Source of the DNA: Chloracidobacterium sp. CP2_5A | Lineage (GTDB): Bacteria; Acidobacteriota; Blastocatellia; Chloracidobacteriales; Chloracidobacteriaceae | Assembly: GCA_002254845.1 (NCBI GenBank) | Contig: NKPT01000005.1 | Span: 31,213 to 95,212 of the forward strand | Direction of reading: 5' to 3' | DNA length: 64,000 bases | In this document: in pieces, positions 18,141 through 25,635 of the stretch | Layout of the letters: each line of letters opens with the position of its first letter | Numbering within the stretch: position 1 is the stretch's first letter | Notes under the pieces: generated by a model | Seen by the model: only the letters and a program-made list of their open reading frames with translations | The model's database searches: none | Told to the model about the DNA's origin: nothing | Program-made: the position numbers and the translations under genes

Positions 18141-18260
18141 GCTGGTCGGCCTCGACTCGAGAGCCCCACAGTCCCGCTTGTTCCAGATATCAGCAGCGGT
18201 TTAAGGTTTGAGAGTCAAGCATGAGCTTCGTCATTGGCTCGGAAAGCGCCGACTGCATCG

Positions 18261-20471
18261 ATGTGGACTGAAGAAAAAGCCCTCTGTCGCGCGGCTTGGT
18301 CAGCGCTCCTTTTAGCGCTGACCATCGCCCTGTTGCCGGGGCCGAGGGCGATGGGCACGCCTCTGGTCGTCAGCGACGCCTTAGCGCCGCAACCCCTCAC
18401 GGCAGCGCTTGAGATGCTTGAAGATCAAGCTCGTCAGATCACGATCGAGCAGGCGGCCAGCGGCGCGCTCAGCTTCGTCCCAACCAACGCCAGCGTGATC
18501 AGCCTGGGTTATACCTCGTCAGCTTACTGGTTTCGCCTGCGCTTGCGAAACGACCTCGAGAAAGCAGTCAATCGCTTGATCGAAGTTGAACAACCTTACC
18601 TTGGGCGCGTCGAGGCATATTTGCCGCGCAGCGACGCGTCCGGGAACGACTTCATCCATTTGATGGCGGGCGACGCCTTGCCCTTTACCATCCGCACCGT
18701 GCCGCATCGGCTGCCTATTTTTCCTATCTCCATCCCCCCGCAAGCCGAGCGGACGATTTACCTGCGAGTGGAAACCAAGGGCTCGCTGACTTTTTCGGCC
18801 ACACTATGGAAGCCCCTTAGCCACGCCCGCAAGGATCGCGTCTATAACTTCCTGCTCGGCGCGTACTACGGACTGCTGCTCATCCTCGTGATTTATAACG
18901 CAGTCTTTTTCCTTGGCATGCGGGATCAATCCAACGTTTACTTTTCCGCCTACTTGCTGTGCCTGGGGCTTTTCCAAGCCTGCGCGGACGGCTTCGCCAC
19001 GCAGCTTCAAGAGTTGCTCTTTGGCAGCTTTTTCGTGGAAGGTCTTGTCCTGCGCCTCATGCTGGGCAACTTGACGTCGGCAGTAGCGGCGCTCTTGACC
19101 CGGCGCTACCTCGAGCTGGAAACCTACAGCCCGCCCCTCAATCGCGCGCTTGGCATCCTAGCGGCTCTTTTCTTTGGGCTGGCCGCCATCGCCACCATCC
19201 TGCCGATTCAGATCATCGCCCGGATTTCTAACTTCTCGATGCTCTTCGGCGGCGTCTTCGGGCTGCTGTCATCCGCGATCCCGCTTCAAAAAGGGTATCG
19301 TCCGGCGCGGTATTTCTTGCTGGCGTGGTCGATCGTTGTCCTAGCGGTCGCTTTCAACACGCTACGCACCGGCGGCATCCTGCCGCAATCCACCACCTCC
19401 TGGCAGAGCATTCTGCACTTCGCGACAGCGGCGCAAGGACTGCTCCTATCGGTCGGCTTGCTGGCGCGGCTGGTGATTTTGAAGGAAGAAAAGGAAGCCG
19501 CCCGCGCCGAGGCCGACCTCCGGGCGGCGGAAGTGACTCTTACGACGAGCTTTAACGAGCAACTCAAAAAAGCGAATCAAGAGCTGAGCGCGAGCCTTCA
19601 ATCGCTCGAGGAGGCTCGGCGCGAGGCTGAGCTGCAGCGCACAGAGGCGGAAGCCGCCAATGCTCGGCTCATGGAGCTGGACCGCATCAAGTCAGACTTC
19701 ACGGCGATGCTCGTCCATGATCTGCGCTCGCCGCTAGCGGCTGTCAAAGGGACGCTGGAACTCATCGAGGACCTGTTGCCCGACATCGATCCCGACCTGC
19801 TAACGCTCGTCAAAGCGTCTCAGGATAATCTCCAGCGCACGCTCGACCTCATTACCGACCTGCTTGAGATGTCGCGCAGCGAGTCCCAGGCATTGAAGCT
19901 CAACCTCGAGCTGCTGGACCTCGTCCCAATGCTTCGGGCATGCTCGGACAATATCCGGCTGAGCGCTCCCGACCCGCCGCGTCTCATTGTCGAGTTGCCT
20001 CCCGCCTTGCCAGCCGTAGCCGGCGACGCCCGAAAGCTGGAGCGCGTATTCATGAACTTGCTGTCCAATGCGGTTAAGTTCACCTCGCCGAACGGAAGCG
20101 TGACTGTCGCCGCCCGCGAAATCGCCGGCGAGGGCGTCGAAGCCGGACTGTCGTTCGTCGAGGTGAGCATTACCGATACTGGCCCAGGCATTCCGCCGGC
20201 GGAGCTGCCATTTTTGTTTGACCCTTACCGACAAGGCAGCCAGGGCAAGGGGAAGGTCGGCTTCGGGCTTGGTCTCGCCATTGTCAAGCGCATCGTCGCC
20301 GCCCACGACGGCAACATCGCCGTCAAGAGTCAGGTGGGCGTAGGCAGCGCGTTTACCGTCACGCTGCCATGCTGGGCCAGCCAGGTTGGCCAAACCTCGC
20401 CTGACGCGGCGACGCCAGACGCTGCCGGACGCAGCGGGGAAACCGTCGTTCCCGCCCGCGCCAAGGACTAG
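18261..20471 (+). CDS. 7TMR-DISM-type sensor histidine kinase
   Basis: N-terminal extracellular domain, then seven hydrophobic helices (about residues 200-400), a coiled coil, H-box 'MLVHDLRSPL', and HATPase 'ITDTGPGIPP...GFGLGLAIVKRIV'. ATG 18261 is preferred over TTG 18234. Confidence 0.8.
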   Translation: MWTEEKALCRAAWSALLLALTIALLPGPRAMGTPLVVSDALAPQPLTAALEMLEDQARQITIEQAASGALSFVPTNASVISLGYTSSAYWFRLRLRNDLEKAVNRLIEVEQPYLGRVEAYLPRSDASGNDFIHLMAGDALPFTIRTVPHRLPIFPISIPPQAERTIYLRVETKGSLTFSATLWKPLSHARKDRVYNFLLGAYYGLLLILVIYNAVFFLGMRDQSNVYFSAYLLCLGLFQACADGFATQLQELLFGSFFVEGLVLRLMLGNLTSAVAALLTRRYLELETYSPPLNRALGILAALFFGLAAIATILPIQIIARISNFSMLFGGVFGLLSSAIPLQKGYRPARYFLLAWSIVVLAVAFNTLRTGGILPQSTTSWQSILHFATAAQGLLLSVGLLARLVILKEEKEAARAEADLRAAEVTLTTSFNEQLKKANQELSASLQSLEEARREAELQRTEAEAANARLMELDRIKSDFTAMLVHDLRSPLAAVKGTLELIEDLLPDIDPDLLTLVKASQDNLQRTLDLITDLLEMSRSESQALKLNLELLDLVPMLRACSDNIRLSAPDPPRLIVELPPALPAVAGDARKLERVFMNLLSNAVKFTSPNGSVTVAAREIAGEGVEAGLSFVEVSITDTGPGIPPAELPFLFDPYRQGSQGKGKVGFGLGLAIVKRIVAAHDGNIAVKSQVGVGSAFTVTLPCWASQVGQTSPDAATPDAAGRSGETVVPARAKD

Positions 20472-20487
20472 CTCGCTTTCTCGCTAG

Positions 20488-20519
20488 CTTGCTTTTAATC
20501 TTGCTTTTACTTGCTTTTA
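20488..20519. repeat. Three copies of cttgctttta (20488-97, 20500-09, 20510-19)
   Basis: Read directly. AT-rich spacer between convergent genes. Confidence 0.85.
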
Positions 20520-20615
20520 TAAGACGTAGCGGCTCGGAAGGCTCGGTCGGTCCGCTTTTCACATAGCGCCTTTTTAGTTCCTCATCGGGCACGGGACATC
20601 GCCTTGTAAAGCGCG

Positions 20616-21647
20616 CTAGCCTGACCTCGCGCCGAGCTCCGCCGTGAAGCGGCAAGCGGCATCGCCCCGCCCAAGCGCGGCCTGCAGCCGGCTGCGCGGC
20701 GCGAGTAAGCGCGGCAAAACAGCGTCGAGCGTCGCTTGGTCAAAGGCCGCGCAGAGCGTGCACAGGTGGCGGCCCAGTGTCGGCGACTTCCCTTCCGCCG
20801 CCAGCGCCGCTCGCGTTTGTTCCTGAAACGAACAGGTCCGAATCACCGTCTCAACCGCCAGCGGCGGCCCGCCGAGCCATGACCCGACGATGGTCACGAG
20901 ACCCGCCAGCGGCTCGATATGCGTTTTTGAAAGGTCATGCTCGGCGAACACGCCGTTGCGGCCCAGCCGCTCGCCGACAGCGCGCGGGGCATAGGCGATG
21001 CCGCTCAGCAGATTGGCGAAAAAAAACTCGTTCAGTCGCCGCCCAAAATCGGCGCGCGCTTGGTCTATGAGGGCGGCTAAATCCGTCCGCGCATCGAGTT
21101 CGGCGAGCGCGAGCGCCGCCCGGATGGTTTCAACGCTTTGCGCCGCGCGCGCCGTCAGCGCCAGATCAAGCCAGGCCGCCCAAGTTTCCTCGTCCGCCGG
21201 CTGTTGCCGCGCCAAGGCGGTCGCTGCGTTGAACTGCGTCAGCCAGTCTGCCGGAAGCGCCGTCACGGCCGCCAGCGCCGCCGCATCCAGCGTCGGCGCG
21301 CCCGGCAACTCCGGGCGGATGCGCTCCCATAGCTGACAGCAATCCTCCAAAAAGTCGGCTTGCCGTCGCGCGACGGCCGGAGCGACGGCCGGCAGGTCAT
21401 CCAGCGCCAGGCCCAGCGCGCTTAGCGGAAGCGCGTAGGTCAGTCGCTCGCGCTCCGCCGTGGCGACCCAGTATAGAACGGCCGGCTGAAAGCCTGGGAA
21501 ACGGTCGGCGTCCAGTTGTTCGGCGGGTCCAAAGTACAGGTCGGCAAAGCGCCGCCGCTGAAACAACGCCGCCGCCCGGCGCAAGGCGATGGCCCAGCGG
21601 TGAACCCGCTCAGCATCAAGCCGCGTCGGTGGAAACGCCTCCGGCAC
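20616..21647 (-). CDS. Hypothetical protein with no recognisable domain, co-oriented with aceE and 6 nt downstream of it
   Basis: 343-aa Ala/Leu/Arg-rich ORF with a GTG start 6 nt after the aceE stop. It has no TM segment and no motif I recognise. It is called coding because of its length, its tight spacing, and the lack of any recognisable gene on the opposite strand. Confidence 0.55.
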   Translation of the reverse strand: MPEAFPPTRLDAERVHRWAIALRRAAALFQRRRFADLYFGPAEQLDADRFPGFQPAVLYWVATAERERLTYALPLSALGLALDDLPAVAPAVARRQADFLEDCCQLWERIRPELPGAPTLDAAALAAVTALPADWLTQFNAATALARQQPADEETWAAWLDLALTARAAQSVETIRAALALAELDARTDLAALIDQARADFGRRLNEFFFANLLSGIAYAPRAVGERLGRNGVFAEHDLSKTHIEPLAGLVTIVGSWLGGPPLAVETVIRTCSFQEQTRAALAAEGKSPTLGRHLCTLCAAFDQATLDAVLPRLLAPRSRLQAALGRGDAACRFTAELGARSG

Positions 21648-21653
21648 AACGTA

Positions 21654-24326
21654 TCAGCGACTGCCGACCGGCTCGAGCGCGCCGGTCTCGCTGTAAAGCT
21701 CCGCGCCCGCGCGCGCCACCTCGTCAAAGCCGAGCTTGCCCATTTCCGCCAGCTTGTAGAGCGCCGCGTAGGCGATGGATGGCGCGTCCACCTTGAAATG
21801 ACGGCGCAACCGCTCGCGGGTGTCGCTCATCCCGAAGCCGTCCGTGCCAAGCGCTAGGAACGGCTGCTTGACCCACCGAGCGATGCTGTCGGGCCAGGCT
21901 CTCATGAAATCGCTGACGGCGATGACGGGGCCTTCCGCCTTGGCCAGCGCCTTCTGAAGGTAAGGCGCGCGCGGCGCTTCCAGCGGATGCGCCAGATTCC
22001 AGGCCTCGGCTTCGAGCGCGTCATCGCGCAGCGCCCGGTAGCTCGTCGCCGACCACACGTCAGCCGCCACGTCGTAGCGTTCGGCTAGAATCCGCTGCGC
22101 TTCCAGCGCCTGCATCATGATCGAGCCGCTGCCGAAAAGCTGCACCGTATGACGCTTGGCGTCAAGGCACGGCTTGAACAGGTATAGCCCGCGCAAAATG
22201 CCTTCCTCCACGCCGCGCGGCATCGCCGGCATCGGGTAGTTTTCGTTGTGCACCGTGATGTAATAGAAAACGTCCTCCTCGCGCTCATACATCCGCTGCA
22301 GCCCGTCGCGCATGATGACGGCAATCTCGAAGTGAAACGCCGGGTCATACTGAACGCAGCAAGGCACGGTCGAGGCGAGAATATGGCTATGGCCATCCTG
22401 ATGCTGAAGCCCTTCGCCGTTGAGCGTGGTGCGCCCAGCCGTCGCGCCGACAAGAAAGCCGCGCCCGCGCGCGTCGCCGACGGCCCAAATTTGGTCGCCG
22501 GTGCGCTGGAAGCCAAACATTGAATAGAACATGTACAGCGGGATCATCGGCTCGCCGTGAGTGGCGTAGGCCGTGCTCGCGGCCGTGAATGACCCCATCG
22601 CGCCAGCCTCCGTGATGCCTTCCTCCAGAAGCTGGCCGTCCTTCGCCTCGCGGTAGCTGAAAAGCAAGTCGGAATCCACCGGATCATAGAGCTGTCCGCT
22701 CGCGGCATAGATGCCGACTTTCTTGAAGAGAAAGTCCATGCCGAAGGTTCGCGCCTCGTCCGGGATGATGGGAACAATGCGAGCGCCGACGCTCTTATCG
22801 TCGAGCAGCTTGCGCAGCAGTCGCACCATAGCCATGGTTGTCGAGACCGGCTGCGGGCTAGCGACGGCGAACTCCGCGTAAAGGTCTTCCTTCGGCAACG
22901 TCAACGGCTTTGACCGGACGACGCGCTTGGGCAGCGCGCCGCCAAGCTGGCGGCGACGCTCGCGCAAATACTCGACTTCGAGCGACTTCGCGCCCGGATG
23001 ATAGTAGGGCGCCTCTCCGACTTGCGCGTTCGGGATGGGGAGCTCCATCAGGTCGCGGAATTTCTTGAGCTCCGCTTCGGAAAGCTTCTTGAGCTGGTGC
23101 GTGGCGTTGCGCCCGGTCGCGCTTTCGCCAAGCATCCACCCCTTGACCGTCTTGACTAGAATCACCGTCGGCTGTCCCCTGTGCTCGACCGCCGCCTTGT
23201 AGGCCGCGTAGATCTTCAGATGATCGTGGCCGCCGCGACGCAGCCGCTCCAAGTCGCGGTCGGACATTGACTCGACCAGGGCCAGCGCCCGCGGGTCCTT
23301 GCCAAAGAAGTGCCGCCGGATGTAAGCGCCGGTTTCGACAGAGTACTTCTGAAACTCCCCGTCCAGCGTGGTGTTCATGATGTGTAGCAGCGCGCCTTCA
23401 GCGTCTTTGGCCAGCAGCGGATCCCAGCGCCGACTCCAGATGACCTTGATGACATTCCAGCCCGCCCCCCGGAAAACGGCCTCAAGCTCCTGAATGATCT
23501 TGCCGTTGCCGCGCACCGGGCCATCCAGTCGCTGAAGGTTGCAGTTGACAACGAAGATGAGGTTGTCCAACCTCTCGCGCGACGCGAGATGTAGCGCGCC
23601 CAGCGCCTCCGGCTCGTCGGTTTCGCCGTCTCCTAAAAAAGCCCACACCCGCGACTGGGAAGTATCGGCCAGCCCTCGATTATGCAGGTAGCGGTTAAAT
23701 CGCGCTTGGTAAATAGCGTTGATCGGACCCAGCCCCATCGAAACCGTTGGAAATTCCCAGAAATCCGGCATCAGGCGCGGGTGCGGGTAGCTCGATAAGC
23801 CGTTCCCCAGCGCCTCCCGACGAAAGTGATCAAGCTGCTCTGTCGTCAGGCGACCTTCCAGAAAAGCCCGCGCGTAAATGCCGGGCGCGGCATGTCCCTG
23901 GTAAAAGATGTGATCGCCGCCGCCCCCGTCCTTGCCGCGAAAGAAGTGATTGAACCCAACCTCATAGAGGCTGGCCGACGAGGCGTAGGTCGCCAAATGA
24001 CCGCCAATGCCCGGAAAGTTGTGATTGGCGCGCACCACCATCGCCACGGCATTCCACCGCACAATGCGTCGGATGCGAAGCTCCATTTCCTCATCCCCAG
24101 GAAACGGCGGCTCTTGCTCCGGCGAAATCGTGTTGATGTAGGGCGTCTGAACCAGCTCCGGCAGACCAACGCGCATCAGGCGCGACTTCTTGAGCAGCTT
24201 CCGCAGCAAAAACTGGGCGCGCTCTGGTCCCGACTCGATGACAACCTGCTCTAGGGCGTCAAGCCATTCGGCGGTTTCTTGCGGGTCGGCATCTGGCAAC
24301 TGCTGCTTGAATTCGTCGAGGTACAT
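21654..24326 (-). CDS. aceE: Pyruvate dehydrogenase E1 component, homodimeric type
   Basis: About 890 aa. ThDP motif region 'AFLGDGETDEPEALGAL...NLIFVVNCNLQRLDGPVRGN'. ATG 24326 is preceded by GGAGGAGG 7 nt upstream; GTG 24359 in the ORF track is less likely. Confidence 0.95.
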   Translation of the reverse strand: MYLDEFKQQLPDADPQETAEWLDALEQVVIESGPERAQFLLRKLLKKSRLMRVGLPELVQTPYINTISPEQEPPFPGDEEMELRIRRIVRWNAVAMVVRANHNFPGIGGHLATYASSASLYEVGFNHFFRGKDGGGGDHIFYQGHAAPGIYARAFLEGRLTTEQLDHFRREALGNGLSSYPHPRLMPDFWEFPTVSMGLGPINAIYQARFNRYLHNRGLADTSQSRVWAFLGDGETDEPEALGALHLASRERLDNLIFVVNCNLQRLDGPVRGNGKIIQELEAVFRGAGWNVIKVIWSRRWDPLLAKDAEGALLHIMNTTLDGEFQKYSVETGAYIRRHFFGKDPRALALVESMSDRDLERLRRGGHDHLKIYAAYKAAVEHRGQPTVILVKTVKGWMLGESATGRNATHQLKKLSEAELKKFRDLMELPIPNAQVGEAPYYHPGAKSLEVEYLRERRRQLGGALPKRVVRSKPLTLPKEDLYAEFAVASPQPVSTTMAMVRLLRKLLDDKSVGARIVPIIPDEARTFGMDFLFKKVGIYAASGQLYDPVDSDLLFSYREAKDGQLLEEGITEAGAMGSFTAASTAYATHGEPMIPLYMFYSMFGFQRTGDQIWAVGDARGRGFLVGATAGRTTLNGEGLQHQDGHSHILASTVPCCVQYDPAFHFEIAVIMRDGLQRMYEREEDVFYYITVHNENYPMPAMPRGVEEGILRGLYLFKPCLDAKRHTVQLFGSGSIMMQALEAQRILAERYDVAADVWSATSYRALRDDALEAEAWNLAHPLEAPRAPYLQKALAKAEGPVIAVSDFMRAWPDSIARWVKQPFLALGTDGFGMSDTRERLRRHFKVDAPSIAYAALYKLAEMGKLGFDEVARAGAELYSETGALEPVGSR

Positions 24327-24517
24327 CGGCGCGAACCTCCTCCGCGCGGCATGCGTCACGCTTGGCGTTGGATTTTACCCGAAAGACTGATAGACGGGCC
24401 AGAGGTTTGTATGCCAAGATACAATCTCCGGGCAAGCGCCTCGCGTCAACGATGTTGGGCAAGACGGCGTCCCGCCGGCTCGACGCTTGATGGGCTCTGG
24501 ATGGACTCGCCGATTTC

Positions 24518-24545
24518 CCTCTCGAAATTTACCTCTCGAAATTGA
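24518..24545. repeat. 14-nt tandem duplication, 13/14 identical (cctctcgaaattta / cctctcgaaattga)
   Basis: Read directly. It lies in the divergent aceE / FGE-like promoter spacer. Confidence 0.9.
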
Positions 24546-24568
24546 CGGCTTCCCGGACATGCTTTCAA

Positions 24569-25438
24569 ATGCGGGGCATGGACGCCTACGCAAGCCAGGG
24601 TCACGGCTGCAGGCTTAGGCGGCGCGACGCGACCGCGCGGCTATGGCTGGCGCTGCTCGCGCTCTGGCTGGCGGCCTGTCAAACAACGCCCCGCGAGCCG
24701 TCTTATCAGCCGCCTGTTCCGCCGCCTGGCATGGCGCTCATTCCCGGCGGAACCTTCGTTCGCCAAGATGACGCGGGAAACAGCCGCCTGACGACGATTG
24801 CGCCATTCTTCCTTGACCGGACTGAAGTGACCAACGCCGAGTTTCGGCGCTTCGCGCAGGCGACCGGCTATCAGAGCGAAGGGCGCTGGACGCTTTACGC
24901 CACGCCTGAACGCGACCAGCACCCAGTGGTCGCCGTCACGTGGAACGACGCCGCAGCCTATGCTCGCTGGGCTGGCAAGCGCCTGCCGACGGAAGCCGAG
25001 TGGGAATTCGCAGCCCGCGCCGGCCGACCGACGGCTATCTATGGAACCGGCGGCGCGGGCGATACGCTCGACAATCTGGCTACCTTTGGGCGCATTGCGG
25101 TCGACCCGAGGCGGATGCCGCTGCGCGGCATCCAAACCGCGCCAGTCGCCAGCTTTCCGCCGAATCCCTTCGGGCTCTACGACATGGCTGGCAACGCGGC
25201 GGAGTGGTGCGCCGACTGGTTTGACGCTGGCTACTACGCCGTCAGTCCGGCGCGCAATCCGCTCGGCGCCGCGTTTGGGCGCGGGCGCGCAATCCGCGGC
25301 GGCTCATGGAACGACCGCGCAGACTACCTTACAGTGACGCGCCGTTACGGATTGCCTCCGGGCACCATCACTTTCACGCTAGGCTTCCGCTGCGCGGCGG
25401 ACGCCCAGAAAAAGACAACCTCCAACGGGCGAGATTGA
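24569..25438 (+). CDS. Formylglycine-generating-enzyme (SUMF1/FGE-sulfatase) family lipoprotein
   Basis: Lipobox 'LWLAAC'. 'HPVVAVTWNDAAAYARWAGKRLPTEAEWEFAAR' and 'RGGSWND' are FGE-sulfatase hallmarks. The start is ATG 24569 or 24578. Confidence 0.8.
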   Translation: MRGMDAYASQGHGCRLRRRDATARLWLALLALWLAACQTTPREPSYQPPVPPPGMALIPGGTFVRQDDAGNSRLTTIAPFFLDRTEVTNAEFRRFAQATGYQSEGRWTLYATPERDQHPVVAVTWNDAAAYARWAGKRLPTEAEWEFAARAGRPTAIYGTGGAGDTLDNLATFGRIAVDPRRMPLRGIQTAPVASFPPNPFGLYDMAGNAAEWCADWFDAGYYAVSPARNPLGAAFGRGRAIRGGSWNDRADYLTVTRRYGLPPGTITFTLGFRCAADAQKKTTSNGRD

Positions 25439-25635
25439 CGCGGGCGCGGCGCGCTCTTCATAAGTTGGCAACAAGAAGCGCTTTATTATTTACATCAAGC
25501 ATCACTTAACGGCCCATCAAGCCGACTTGGCAAGGGCGCAGCGACCCCCCCCCCACGCCGCTTGCGCCCAGCTTGATTTCGAGCGCTTGTTTTTGAAGCT
25601 TTTTCCCAAGCCTAGTTGTTCTCAAGATTATTTTT

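Noticed and set aside
25528-25542. Sigma-54 -24/-12 promoter candidate (TGGCAAGGGCGCAGC) upstream of the hybrid kinase. Similar partial matches occur at 1934 and 3021.
   Set aside because: Only the GG/GC spacing fits. The -12 element is AGC rather than TTGC, and the other matches lie inside coding regions. This cannot be supported without a position-weight-matrix scan and transcript mapping.
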